Assembly (NCBI GenBank): GCA_964016885.1
Contig: OZ024766.1
Coordinates: 9,300,001 to 9,364,000 of the forward strand
Direction: 5' to 3'
Source: Eledone cirrhosa
Lineage: Eukaryota
Length of the DNA: 64,000 nucleotides
Shown here piece after piece: positions 41,005 to 54,905 of this stretch; within the stretch, counting starts at the first letter, position 1, and each line of letters opens with the position of its first letter. The notes under the pieces are model-generated. The model saw nothing but the letters and a program-made list of their open reading frames with translations, was not told the DNA's origin and made no database searches. The position numbers and the translations under genes are program-made.

Positions 41005-41450
41005 TCATCATCATCATCATCAACATTTAACGTCCGTGCTCCACGCTTGCATGGGTTTGGACGGGGGTTTTCCCACTTGAGGCAAGAGTGATTGTCTTGC
41101 TTGCATAGGACTGACTGGCGGGTTTTCTACAGTTGGATGCCCTTCCTAACACCAACCACATTTACAGTGTGGGGCTGGGAGGCTTTTACCGTGTTGCCTA
41201 CACGGCCACATTACAGCGTGGACTGTCTGGCGGGTTTTCTACAGCTGGATGCCCTTCCTAACACCAACCACATTTACAGTGTGGGGCTGGGAGGTTTTTA
41301 CTGTGTTGCCTACACGGCCACATTACAGCGTGGACTGTCTGGCGGGTTTTCTACAGCTGGATGCCCTTCCTAACACCAACCACATTTACAGTGTGGGGCT
41401 GGGAGGTTTTTACTGTGTTGCCTACACGGCCACATTACAGCGTGGACTGT
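41005..41450 (-). mobile_element. RTE-tail-related SINE/LINE fragment with ~111 bp triplication
   Basis: tttctacagctggatgcccttcctaacaccaacc motif x3; (CAT)n tail; relative at 45855-46130. Confidence 0.65.
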
Positions 41451-41832
41451 ATATATATACACATATTATTATTTAAGTAGTTGGACGTGATTTAATTTGA
41501 TTGGAATATTCAAATATTAGCGATCCAAGACGGATATATAATACATTCAATGAAACACGTGTAAGCGTTATGCAATGAATGTTATTCCCACTTTTCTGGA
41601 TTGTGATGTTTTAAATGGTAATTTTGTAAATTTATATATACATATATGTGTGTGTGTGTGTTTGTGTCTGTGTGTATATATATATATGTATGTGAGTGTG
41701 TGTGTGCATGTCTGTGTGTGTGTATATATATATATATGTCTGTATATATATATATATGTGTGTGTGTGTGTGCGTGGGTCTGTGTGTGTATATATATATA
41801 TATGTGTGTCTGTATATATATATAGATATATA

Positions 41833-41880
<48 letters not shown>

Positions 41881-41952
41881 AGTGAGTGTGTGTGTGTCTG
41901 TGTATATATATATGTATGTGAGTGTGTGTGTGTCTATATATATATGTCTGTG

Positions 41953-42029
<77 letters not shown>

Positions 42030-42148
42030 ATATGTGTCTATATATATATATATATGTCTATATATATATATATGTGTATATATGTATGTGTCTATATATA
42101 TATATATGTATATATATATGTATATATATGTATATACACACACACACA

Positions 42149-42188
<40 letters not shown>

Positions 42189-42466
42189 CACACACACACA
42201 CACATATACACACATATATATATACACACACACACACATATACACATACATATATATAAGTGCAAATAGGATATGGGTTGATACAAGCAACAACAGTAGC
42301 GGCGTCAGCAATAGTAGTAGTAATGTTAGCAGCCATGATGATGATGATGATGATAGCAGCAGCAGCAGCAGCAGTAGTAGCAGTAGCGGTGGTAGTAGGT
42401 GGCCATCTTGGAAAATAAATAGATGGGTCCTTCGGCGTTTGTCAGGCCGGGTCGCAGGGCGAGAGG

Positions 42467-42619
42467 TCAGCGCAGTCGCAGTGGCTGGAGCAGCTGGGTG
42501 GCGGCGGCGGCGTAGCGGCGGGGCGGTGGCGGTGACGGGGGCGGTGACCTCCTCGGCGTGACCCTTGACCTCCACGGGTCGTAGCAGTAGCGCGTCCGGA
42601 AGAGTCGCACAATCAGCAC
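42467..42619 (-). CDS. Candidate GC-rich exon (possible alternative terminal exon of the LRMDA-like gene)
   Basis: aatctcgcag acceptor; phase 0 open for 50 codons ([50 protein letters not shown]); CpG-rich island in AT-rich DNA. Confidence 0.35.
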   Translation of the reverse strand: MLIVRLFRTRYCYDPWRSRVTPRRSPPPSPPPPRRYAAAATQLLQPLRLR

Positions 42620-42667
42620 CTGCGAGATTTGAGGATTGAACTCACAAACGTCAGAGGGCACCGAGAT

Positions 42668-45050
42668 AGGTAGGTGACAGGGGGGGGGGGGGGACAGGGT
42701 GACAGGTAGGTGACAGGGTGACAGGTGTAGACATGTGACAGGTAGGTGACAGGGTGACAGGTGTAGACATGTGACAGGTAGAGGACAGGGGGTGACAGGT
42801 GTAGACATGTGACAGGTAGGTGACAGGGTGACAGGTGTAGACATGTGACAGGTAGAGGACAGGGGGTGACAGGTGTAGACATGTGACAGGTAGGTGACAG
42901 GGTGACAGGTGTAGACATGTGACAGGTAGAGGACAGGGGGTGACAGGTGTAGACATGTGACAGGTAGGTGACAGGGTGACAGGTGTAGACATGTGACAGG
43001 TAGGTGACAGGGTGACAGGTGTAGACATGTGACAGGTAGGTGACAGGGTGACAGGTGTAGACATGTGACAGGTAGAGGACAGGGGGTGACAGGTGTAGAC
43101 ATGTGACAGGTAGGTGACAGGGTGACAGGTGTAGACATGTGACAGGTAGGTGACAGGGTGACAGGTGTAGACATGTGACAGGTAGAGGACAGGGGGTGAC
43201 AGGTGTAGACATGTGACAGGTAGGTGACAGGTAGAGGACAGGGTGACAGGTAGGTGGTAGATGACAGGGTGACAAATGACAGGTAGGTGACAGGGTGACA
43301 GGTAGGTGGTAGGTGACAGAGTGACAAGTGACAGGTAGGCGACAGGGTGACAAGTGTAGACATGTGACAGGTAGGTGGTAGGTGACAGGGTGACAAGTGA
43401 CAGTTAGGTGACAGGGTGACAGGTGTAGACATGTGACAGGTAGGTGACAGGGTGACAGGTAGGTGGTAGGTGACAAATGACAGGTAGGTGGTAGGTGACA
43501 GGGTGACAAGTGACAGGGTGACAGGTAGGTGATAGGGGGTGACAGGTGTAGACAAGTGACAGGTAGAGGACAGGGTGACAGGTAGGTGGTAGGTGACAGG
43601 GTGACAGGTAGGTGGTAGGTGACAGGGGTGACAAGTGTAGACATGTGACAGGTAGAGGACAGGGTGACAGGTAGGTGGTAGGTGACAGGGGTGACAGGGC
43701 GTGACATGGTGACAGGTAACACGTAGGTGACAGGGTGACAAGTGTAGACATGTGACAGGTAGAGGACAGGGTGACAGGTAGGTGGTAGGTGACAGGGGTG
43801 ACAGGGCGTGACATGGTGACAGGTAACACGTAGGTGACAGGGTGACAAGTGTAGACATGTGGCAGGTAGGGGACAGGGTAACAGGATGACAGGGTGACAG
43901 GGGGACAGGTAACATGTAGCTGACAGGTGTAGACATGTGACATGTGGTGACAGGACGACAGGTAGGTGACAGGGTGACAGGTAACACGTAGGTGACAGGT
44001 TGACAGGTGTAGACATGTGACAGGTAGGGGACAGGGTGACAGGTGTAGACATGTGACAGGCGGTGACAAGGTGACAGGATGACAGGTAGGTGACAGGGTG
44101 GCAGGTAGGTGACAGGGTGGCAGGTGTAGACATGTGACAGGTAAGGGACAGGGTGACAGGTGTAGACATGTGACAGGTAAGGGACAGGGTGACAGGTGTA
44201 GACATGTGACAGGCGGTGACAAGGTGACAGGATGACAGGTAGGTGACAGGGTGGCAGGTAGGTGACAGGGTGACAGGTGTAGACATGTGACAGGTAAGGG
44301 ACAGGGTGACAGGTGTAGACATGTGACAGGCGGTGACAAGGTGACAGGATGACAGGTAGGTGACAGGGTGGCAGGTAGGTGACAGGGTGACAGGTGTAGA
44401 CATGTGACAGGTAAGGGACAGGGTGACAGGTGTAGACATGTGACAGGTAAGGGACAGGGTGACAGGTGTAGACATGTGACAGGCGGTGACAAGGTGACAG
44501 GATGACAGGTAGGTGACAGGGTGGCAGGTAGGTGACAGGTGTAGACATGTGACAGGTAAGGGACAGGGTGACAGGTGTAGACATGTGACAGGCGGTGACA
44601 AGGTGACAGGATGACAGGTAGGTGACAGGGTGGCAGGTAGGTGACAGGTGTAGGTGACAGGTGTAGACAGGTGACAGGTGTAGACAGGTGACAGGTGTAG
44701 ACATGTGACAGGTAAGGGACAGGGTGACAGGTGTAGACATGTGACAGGTAAGGGACAGGGTGACAGGTGTAGACATGTGACAGGTAAGGGACAGGGTGAC
44801 AGGTGTAGACATGTGACAGGTAAGGGACAGGGTGACAGGTGTAGACATGTGACAGGCGGTGACAAGGTGACAGGATGACAGGTAGGTGACAGGGTGGCAG
44901 GTAGGTGACAGGTGTAGGTGACAGGTGTAGACAGGTGACAGGTGTAGACAGGTGACAGGGGAACAGGTATAGGTGACAGGTATGACATGTGACAGCCGAT
45001 GACAAGATGACAGGTGACAGGGAGACGAGTGCAGACAGGTGACATATGTA
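42668..45050. repeat. GTGACAG-based complex satellite, strongly G-skewed
   Basis: Mosaic of gtgacaggt/gtgacaggg/gtagacat motifs with 35-37 bp higher-order units. Confidence 0.95.
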
Positions 45051-45091
45051 GACATCATCATCATCAGTAAATGAAAGGGCATATGTATGTA

Positions 45092-45153
<62 letters not shown>

Positions 45154-45216
45154 ATGATATATATATATATATGTGTGTGTGTATATAATATATATATATA
45201 TATGTGTGTGTGTGTA

Positions 45217-45280
<64 letters not shown>

Positions 45281-45638
45281 ATATATATATGTGTATATAT
45301 ATATGTGTGTGTGTGTATGATATATATATATGTGTGTGTGTGTGTGTATGATATATATATATATATGTGTGTGTGTGTGTATGATATATATATATATATA
45401 TATATGTGTGTGTATGATATATATTTATATATATATGTGTGTGTGTGTGTGTATGTATGTGTGTAATCCAATATAGAAATGGCTTCTACAGGACTAGAAC
45501 TGTTTCCTGCTGATTTCTCCTGAATGAAACAGTTCTAGTCCTGTAGAAGCCATTTTTATATTAAACATGATGTTTACACTCTACTAATGTATTGAGTACC
45601 TTACTTACTATGGTTACCCCCGATTTAACCCGGGATAA

Positions 45639-45677
<39 letters not shown>

Positions 45678-45715
45678 CTTATATATATGTATGCCTATAT
45701 ATAAATATATACTTG

Positions 45716-45771
<56 letters not shown>

Positions 45772-46266
45772 CGCACTCTACTACCCTAAGTATTGAGTAC
45801 TCTGGTCCATGTGGTTCTTTACCACAACTCCTTCATTATATATATATATATATATCATCATCACCGTTTTACGTCCGTTCTTCCATGCTAGCATGGGTTA
45901 GATGGGTTGCCCTGTTGTGGGCAGTGTCTGGCCGGCTGACCATGCCTTGCTCATACTGGAACTGATTTGGCTTGATTTCTACAGCTGGATGCCCTTCCTA
46001 ACACCAACCTCATTTACAGTGAGTGCTGGGTGCTTTTTTTCCGTGGCGCCTACACGTCCACTTTACAGTGTGGGCTGGGTGCTTTTTTGCCGTGGCACCT
46101 CCACGACCACCTTGCAGTGGGAGGGTGTGGGGGCATATTGTCTATATGCTTCAGCTTGTACCCATGGGAGGTCAGGTACTCTGTATTTCTGCGTGACGAC
46201 GCCAGAGGTCACGGTCATGTGTCATTGTCTTTGAGAGGTGTAATTGGGTAAGGTCGGCTTTTATCA

Positions 46267-46315
<49 letters not shown>

Positions 46316-46391
46316 GATTCTATGGACATACTTTATGATATATATATATATATATATATTTATGTAATAAACAACATAAGATAATTATTCC

Positions 46392-46449
46392 ATTTACCAG
46401 TGGTTTCTTGGAGACAGATATTTATATCTGTCTTCATTCATCAGAAAAA
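46392..46449 (-). ncRNA. Hammerhead motif with strong stem II and weak stem I
   Basis: CTGATGA-a-tgaagacagatat-aa-atatctgtctcca-a-GAAA-cc-act-gg-TA. Confidence 0.5.
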
Positions 46450-46739
46450 TAATATATTTTTAAATAAAATAATAAAATAATAATAATAATTATGCTTTCT
46501 TTATTAACCACAAGGGTTTACATAAAGTAGACATTAAGGACAGTACAGGAGGGTATAAATGGGCATTTCTGCGTGTAAAAAAAAAAAAAAACAGAGGATG
46601 TAATAATAGAACAATGAAAAAATTCCCCAATAGGGGGGAGACTTCCGAGGGACATTCGTGGAGAAAGTCCATTAAAAAGCAACGGTGACCCTGACCACCA
46701 GGGCAAGTGCCCTCTCCCAGTTTTCCACCTTTAATTTAC

Positions 46740-47240
46740 AGACTGACTTTCGGAAACATTTTTTCACGCTCAGAGTTGCTGAAGCATGGAACAAACTACC
46801 TGCATCAGTTGTTAGCTGTCGAGACACTGCATCCTTTAAGGCCTCCATGGAACAAACTACCTGCATCAGTTGTTAGCTGTCGAGACACTGCATCCTTTAA
46901 GGCCTCCATGGAACAAACTACCTGCATCAGTTGTTAGCTGTCGAGACACTGCATCCTTTAAAACCTCCATGGAACAAACTACCTGCATCAGTTGTTAGCT
47001 GTCGAGACACTGCATCCTTTAAGGCCTCCATGGAACAAACTCCCTGCATCAGTTGTTAGCTGTCGAGACACTGCATCCTTTAAAACCTCCATGGAACAAA
47101 CTACCTGCATCAGTTGTTAGCTGTCGAGACACTGCATCCTTTAAGGCCTCCATGGAACAAACTCCCTGCATCAGTTGTTAGCTGTCGAGACACTGCATCC
47201 TTTAAGGCCTCCATGCTTCCCGAGATCCACCAACACTACA
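46740..47240 (+). repeat. CR1-like LINE 3' end with 61 bp tandem repeat (7 copies)
   Basis: RKHFFTLRVAEAWNKLPASVVSCRDTASFK is the typical CR1/L2-group C-terminal motif. Confidence 0.8.
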
Positions 47241-47364
47241 GCTAACACATACACACATGTACTTCCCTGGCATTTGTGTATTATTCTATGTACTATATTG
47301 ATGAGTTGTAGTGCACCTGAGCACTTTACACAATAATTTCATTATTATTATTATTATACTCAGA

Positions 47365-47660
47365 GTAGACCCATTCACTCGGGCCATACTTGCCTCTCTC
47401 ACCCATCTTTCAACAAAATGCTGGGAAGAGAGCACTTCCCTTTCTACCCTGATTTTCCTTTTCAAATAAAATTTGAAAAAGTTAATCAGGGCATCACCGA
47501 AGAGGTAAGTGCTCGTCTTCAGCCCTTTCAAACGTGTCCACCATACTATCTCTTTCGCCATGGCCACCAGACAGATAAAAACTGCCTGCCCTTCCCAGCT
47601 AAAGGAAGAGGGCGGGGCAATCCTCATGATGGACTCAGCTGATAGCTGGATCCGTCCTGA
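47365..47660 (-). mobile_element. L1/Tx1-like LINE 3' fragment
   Basis: [43 protein letters not shown]. Confidence 0.6.
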
Positions 47661-47680
47661 GAAAAATAAAACGATATATG

Positions 47681-47717
<37 letters not shown>

Positions 47718-47801
47718 GTGTACATATATATATATATGTATGTATGTATATATATATGTATGTATATATGTATATAAATACATATATATATATATATATA
47801 C

Positions 47802-47859
<58 letters not shown>

Positions 47860-47925
47860 TATATATATATATATATATGTACATATATATATGTATATAT
47901 ATACATATGTATATATATATGTATG

Positions 47926-47983
<58 letters not shown>

Positions 47984-48027
47984 ATATATATATATATATA
48001 TAATATATATATATATATAATATATAT

Positions 48028-48076
<49 letters not shown>

Positions 48077-48200
48077 ATAAATACATATATATATATACAT
48101 CTTTTATATATATATATATATATATATGTATGCACACACATACATACACATACATATATACACACACAGATACAAATAATAACATGTTAAGAACACTTAC

Positions 48201-48330
48201 CCTTTTAGCCCGTCGGGTACTTTGTAAGATGGCTCGTTGGTAGATCTTCTCAGCCTCGCTCCGTTCTTCCTCCGAAATACATTTATCATCAAGTATTTCT
48301 AGAGTTGGTATTTGACTGATAACATATTGT
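48201..48330 (-). CDS. LRMDA: LRMDA-like protein, LRRcap exon (130 bp)
   Basis: cccttctag acceptor, gtaagt donor; [43 protein letters not shown] completes the YRxxVIxxxPxLxxLD LRRcap motif. Confidence 0.9.
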
Positions 48331-51300
48331 CTAGAAGGGAGATACACAGACAGACGAAGAGAGGCATAAAGATAGGTGAAGGTAGATAACATATCAAAGG
48401 ACAGATATACAGAGAAACAAAGAGAGGCTAGAGATAATTGAAGGTATTGTTTGGTAGATAACATATCAAAAGACAAATACAGTGAACTCTCGGTTCATTT
48501 ACAGTCCTGGTTACTTGCGGGATTTTCCCCAGAACTTAACTAAGAATTGTTCATGGAAAACACTCCATATTCGTGGAATTGTAAACATCTTATGCTGTTT
48601 TTCGTGGCAATATATATATTTTCATGCTTTTAACATATTGTCTGGAGATATACAGAGAAACAAAGAGAGGCTAGAGATAGGTGAGGGTATTGTTTGGTAG
48701 ATAACATATCAAAAGACAAATACAGTGAACTCTCGGTTCCATGACTCGTGCACTGTTCATTTTCCTGATGTTTGTGCATTGCCCTATGTACTGTACATAC
48801 ACTTTTTGATGAGTTGTGGTGCACCTGGGCACTGTATACAATATTTCATTATTATTATTATTATTATATCATGACTCATAAACTGTTCATTTTCCTGACA
48901 TTTGTACATTATTCTATGTACTATACATGCACCTTTGATGAGTTGTAGTGCACCTGAGCACTGTACACAATAATTTCATTATTTGTGGTCCTGGTTACTT
49001 GCGGGATTTTCCTCAGAACCTAACTAAGAATTGTTCATGGAAAACACTCCATATTCGTGAAATCATAAACATCTTATGTGATTTTTTATGGTGTTTTACG
49101 TGGCAATATATATATTTTCATGCTTTTAACATATTGTCTGGAGATATACAGAGAAACAAAGAGAGGCTAGAGATAGTTGAGGGTATTGTTTGGTAGATAA
49201 CATATCAAAAGACAAATACAGTGAACTCTCGGATCATTTGTGGTCCTGGTTACTTGCGGGATTTTCCTCAGAACCTAACTAAGAATCGTTCATGGAAAAC
49301 ACTCCATATTCGCGAAATCGTAAACATCTTATGTGATTTTTTTATGGTGTTTTACATGGCAATATATATATTTTCAAGGCGGTGGATTGGCAGTATCGGT
49401 AGAGGGTCGGACGCCATGCTTTGACACATAGAGATACGGTCCTTGCCATTCTGAGTTCAAATCCCGCCGAGGTTAACTTTGCCTTTCATCCTTACGGGGT
49501 CGATAAAATAAAGTACCAGTAATACACTGAGTATTTGCTGGACTTGTGCCTAACGTAGAAACAAATATATATATTTTCATGCTTTTAACATATTGTCTGG
49601 AGATATACAGAGAAACAAAGAGAAGCTAGAGATAGGTGAAGGTATTGTTTGGTAGATAACATGTCAAAAGACAAATACAGTCAACTGTCGGTTCATTTGT
49701 GGCCCTGGTTACTTGCGAGATTTTCCTCAGAACCTAACTAAGAATCCTTCATGGAAAACACTCCATATTCGCGAAATCATAAACATCTTATGTGATTTTT
49801 TTATGGTGTTTTACATGGCAATATATATATTTTCATGCTTTTAACATATTGTCTGGAGATAAACAGAGAAACAAAGAGAGGCTAGAGATAGGTGAGGGTA
49901 TTGTTTGGTAGATAACATATCAAAAGACAAATACAGTGAACTCTCGGTTCATTTGCGGCCCTGGTTACTTGCGGGATTTTCCCCAGAACCTAACTAAGAA
50001 TTTCGTTTCTGAATTTGTTTAGCAAGATTCTTTATCTGAAATCGTGTGTTGAAACCGATATTGTTATACTTTGGGAGGGTCATGTTGCCAATAAGAAACA
50101 CACGCACCAGTTGCTTTCACTAACTAAGAATTGTTCATGGAAAACACTCCATATTCGCGGAACTGTAAACATCTTATGCTGTTTTTCGTGGCAATATATA
50201 TATTTTCATGCTTTTAACATATTGTCTGGAGATATACAGAGAAACAAAGAGAGGCTAGAGATAGGTGAGGGCATTGTTTGGTAGATAACATATCAAAAGA
50301 CAAATACAGTGAACTCTCGGTTCCATGACTCGTGCACTGTTCATTTTCCTGATGTTTGTGCATTGCCCTATGTACTGTACATACACTTTTTGATGAGTTG
50401 TGGTGCACCTGGGCACTGTATACAATATTTCATTATTATTATTATTATTATATCATGACTCATAAACTGTTCATTTTCCTGACATTTGTACATTATTCTA
50501 TGTACTATACATGCACCTTTGATGAGTTGTAGTGCACCTGAGCACTGTACACAATAATTTCATTATTTGTGGCCCTGGTTACTTGCGGGATTTTCCTCAG
50601 AACCTAACTAAGAATTGTTCATGGAAAACACTCCATATTCGCGAAATCATAAACATCTTATGTGATTTTTTTATGGTGTTTTACATGGCAATATATATAT
50701 TTTCATGCTTTTAACATATTGTCTGGAGATAAACAGAGAAACAAAGAGAGGCTAGAGATAGGTGAGGGTATTGTTTGGTAGATAACATATCAAAAGACAA
50801 ATACAGTGAACTCTCGGTTCATTTGCGGCCCTGGTTACTTGCGGGATTTTCCCCAGAACCTAACTAAGAATTTCGTTTCTGAATTTGTTTAGCAAGATTC
50901 TTTATCTGAAATCGTGTGTTGAAACCGATATTGTTATACTTTGGGAGGGTCATGTTGCCAATAAGAAACACACGCACCAGTTGCTTTCACTAACTAAGAA
51001 TTGTTCATGGAAAACACTCCATATTCGCGGAACTGTAAACATCTTATGCTGTTTTACGTGGCAATATATATATTTTCATGCTTTTAACATATTGTCTGGA
51101 GATATACAGAGAAACAAAGAGAGGCTAGAGATAGGTGAGGGCATTGTTTGGTAGATAACATATCAAAAGACAAATACAGTGAACTCTCGGTTCCATGACT
51201 CGTGCACTGTTCATTTTCCTGATGTTTGTGCATTGCCCTATGTACTGTACATACACTTTTTGATGAGTTGTGGTGCACCTGGGCACTGTATACAATATTT

Positions 51301-52750
51301 CATTATTATTATTATTATTATATCATGACTCATAAACTGTTCATTTTCCTGACATTTGTACATTATTCTATGTACTATACATGCACCTTTGATGAGTTGT
51401 AGTGCACCTGAGCACTGTACACAATAATTTCATTATTTGTGGCCCTGGTTACTTGCGGGATTTTCCTCAGAACCTAACTAAGAATTGTTCATGGAAAACA
51501 CTCCATATTCGCGAAATCATAAACATCTTATGTGATTTTTTTATGGTGTTTTACATGGCAATATATATATTTTCATGCTTTTAACATATTGTCTGGAGAT
51601 AAACAGAGAAACAAAGAGAGGCTAGAGATAGGTGAGGGTATTGTTTGGTAGATAACATATCAAAAGACAAATACAGTGAACTCTCGGTTCATTTGCGGCC
51701 CTGGTTACTTGCGGGATTTTCCCCAGAACCTAACTAAGAATTTCGTTTCTGAATTTGTTTAGCAAGATTCTTTATCTGAAATCGTGTGTTGAAACCGATA
51801 TTGTTATACTTTGGGAGGGTCATGTTGCCAATAAGAAACACACGCACCAGTTGCTTTCACTAACTAAGAATTGTTCATGGAAAACACTCCATATTCGCGG
51901 AACTGTAAACATCTTATGCTGTTTTACGTGGCAATATATATATTTTCATGCTTTTAACATATTGTCTGGAGATATACAGAGAAACAAAGAGAGGCTAGAG
52001 ATAGGTGAGGGTATTGTTTGGTAGATAACATATCAAAAGACAAATACAGTGAACTCTCGGTTCATTTGCGGTCCTGGTTACTTGCGGGATTTTCCTCAGA
52101 ACCTAACTAAGAATTGTTCATGGAAAACACTCCATATTCGTGAAATCATAAACATCTTATGTGATTTTTTATGGTGTTTTACGTGGCAATATATATATTT
52201 TCATGCTTTTAACATGTTGTCTGGAGATATACAGAGAAACAAAGAGAGGCTAGAGATAGGTGAGGGTATTGTTTGGTAGATAACATATCAAAAGACAAAT
52301 ACGGTGAATTCTCGGTTCATTTGTGGCCCTGGTTACTTGCGGGATTTTCCTCAGAACCTAACTAAGAATCGTTCATGGAAAACACTCCATATTCGCGAAA
52401 TCATAAACATCTTATGTGATTTTTTTATGGTGTTTTACATGGCAATATATATATTTTCAAGGCGGTGGATTGGCAGTATCGGTAGAGGGTCGGACGCCAT
52501 GCTTTGACACATAGAGATACGGTCCTTGCCATTCTGAGTTCAAATCCCGCCGAGGTTAACTTTGACTTTCATCCTTACGGGGTCGATAAAATAAAGTACC
52601 AGTAATACACTGAGTATTTGCTGGACTTGTGCCTAACGTAGAAACAAATATATATATTTTCATGCTTTTAACATATTGTCTGCAAGGGAGATATACAGAA
52701 AAACAATGAGGGGCTAGAGATAGTATAAGGTATTGTTTGGTAGATAAAGT
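48320..52750. repeat. Complex tandem array (~255 bp basic unit, 870 bp higher-order unit) filling an LRMDA-like intron
   Basis: ORF-track copies recur at 50015/50885/51755; each basic unit has tctccag-acaatatgtta on the - strand. Confidence 0.9.
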
Positions 52751-52767
52751 AATTAGTTATATCTCAC

Positions 52768-52888
52768 CTGTAATCTACATATTGTTGATAGGTACCACCA
52801 TTGAAGTAGCTCGGTGCTGCATCGTTGTTCATTAGGCTCAGGTATTTTAGTTTGGGACAACATTTGGAGATGGAGTATATGAAGACAC
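52768..52888 (-). CDS. LRMDA: LRMDA-like protein, internal exon (121 bp)
   Basis: ctctctttacag acceptor, gtgaga donor; [41 protein letters not shown]; phases match both neighbouring exons. Confidence 0.9.
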
Positions 52889-52933
52889 CTGTAAAGAGAG
52901 ACAGATAGGTAGATATGTATGTGAACAGGTGTG

Positions 52934-52973
<40 letters not shown>

Positions 52974-53007
52974 ATAAATGGAAGCTATATTTATAAAACC
53001 ATATTTA

Positions 53008-53069
53008 TTTTATTATACATATTTCAAGGGCAACCAAGGCAAATTATGGTGCGCTTTCATCAGATAAAA
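53008..53069 (-). ncRNA. Type I hammerhead motif, family B (sense to the LRMDA-like pre-mRNA)
   Basis: ttttat-CTGATGA..GAAA-tatgta-TA-ataaaa with perfect stem I. Confidence 0.65.
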
Positions 53070-53139
53070 TACAGATTTGTTTTATAAATAAATATTGACA
53101 TACCCGGAAAAAAGACAACCTTAACGGTTGGAGCTTCCT

Positions 53140-53197
<58 letters not shown>

Positions 53198-53298
53198 CGT
53201 TTCAGATGCTAGTCCTTCATCAGAAGAAAGAATAAGAAATAAGATAGATTGAGGGGACGGGTGGGGTGGAATTGGAAAAAATGTTTTTAGAGAAAAAT

Positions 53299-53350
<52 letters not shown>

Positions 53351-53469
53351 TAAATATATATATATATATATATAAATATATAAATATATAAATATATATA
53401 TATAAATATATATATATATAAATATATATATATATACATATATATAGAAATATATATATATATATAGAA

Positions 53470-53511
<42 letters not shown>

Positions 53512-53556
53512 TGAGAAATAAATAAATAAACAAATATATATATATATATATATAGA

Positions 53557-53591
<35 letters not shown>

Positions 53592-53712
53592 TATAAATAT
53601 ATATATATAAATATATATATATATAAATATATAAATATATATATATAAATATATATATATATAAATATATATATATATAAATATATATATATATAAATAT
53701 ATATATATATAA

Positions 53713-53744
<32 letters not shown>

Positions 53745-53820
53745 TTGTTATTTTTCTCTAAAAACATTTTTTACAATTCCACCCCGCCCGTCCCCTCAAT
53801 CTATCTTATTTCTCATTCTT

Positions 53821-53856
53821 TCTTCTGATGAAGGACTAGCGTCCGAAACGTTAAGA
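53821..53856 (+). ncRNA. Minimal Penelope-type hammerhead ribozyme motif (decayed inverted copy at 53196-53227)
   Basis: tctt-CTGATGA-a-ggac-tagc-gtcc-GAAA-cg-TT-aaga; loopless palindromic ACGT stem III; GUU site. Confidence 0.75.
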
Positions 53857-54075
53857 CCCTCTTCCTGCTATTTCAAGCGTTAACCTAATATATTCCTTCG
53901 ATTGTGTTGTTATTTCTGTTTACCTTTTACATACATATATGAGTCCCAGGTTCAATCGGTGGAAACCACAGTAAGTAAGTAAGGTACTCAATACATTAGT
54001 AGAGTGTATACAACAAAATTTTATATAGAAATGGTTTCTACAGGACTAGGACTGTTTCATTTAAAGGATGACAGT

Positions 54076-54133
54076 TGGCTTTCCTGATGATTTCCTTTGA
54101 ATGAATGAAACAGTTCTAGTCCTGTAGAAGCCA
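54076..54133 (+). ncRNA. Hammerhead motif, same family as 34073
   Basis: tggctttc-CTGATGA..GAAA-cag-ttctagtc-ctg-TA-gaagcca; stem I sequence differs from 34073 but still pairs. Confidence 0.6.
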
Positions 54134-54299
54134 TTTCTATATTAAATTTGTTACTGGTACTTTATTTTATAGACCCTGTAAGGGGGAAAGGTAAAGTAAA
54201 CCTAGGTGGGATTTGAACTCAGAACGTAAAGGGCCATAACTCTCTGCCACGAACTATGGTGTCTGAAGCTCTACCAACTGCCAATCCACCACCCTGGAC

Positions 54300-54346
<47 letters not shown>

Positions 54347-54555
54347 TGTTTCTACTTTAGGCACAAGGCCAGCAAATTACCCCAGTGCATTACTGGTACT
54401 TTATTTTATCGGACCCCGTAAGGATGAAAGGCAAAGTTAACCTCGGCGGGATTTGAACTCAAAATGGCAAGGGCCGTAACTCTATGCGTCAAAGCATGGC
54501 GTCCGACTCTCTACCAATACTGCCAATCTACCGCCTTATATAATAATAATAATAA

Positions 54556-54905
54556 TTGATTGTAGATGTAGCCTGCCCCTTTGACACGAGAGTGCAAGAA
54601 AAGGAGAGGGAGAAAATTAACCGATACCAAGACTTAAAGTGGGAGGTAAAAAGGATTTGGGACTGCCATGAAGTCAGAGTGGTCCCGATTGTCATAGGCG
54701 CACTAGGTACTATCTCAAAGTGTTTCCAAGGATGGTTAAAGAAGATTAGTCCAGCCTTGCTTTTTGGAACACTTCAAAAGGCATGCTTGCTGGTATCAGC
54801 AACAACCCTCCGAAACATCCTGAATATCTGAGGCTGCAGGTAGCGGCTTGAACAAACTTTCCAGTTAAATAACATCAATGACTGCTACTCAAAGAACAAT
54901 AATAA
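54556..54905 (+). mobile_element. R4/Dong-like LINE 3' fragment (restriction-like endonuclease end) inserted in (TAA)n
   Basis: IVDVACPFD..EKEREKINRYQDLKWEVKRIW..VVPIVIGALG..LQKACLL; TAA repeats on both sides. Confidence 0.8.

Noticed and set aside
41545-41570. GAAA-cacgtg-TA hammerhead 3' half (also 7905-7915)
   Set aside because: No upstream CUGANGA or stem I partner visible
42613-45082. 800+ aa Cys/His/Pro-rich ORFs
   Set aside because: All three - frames are open because of the GTGACAG satellite
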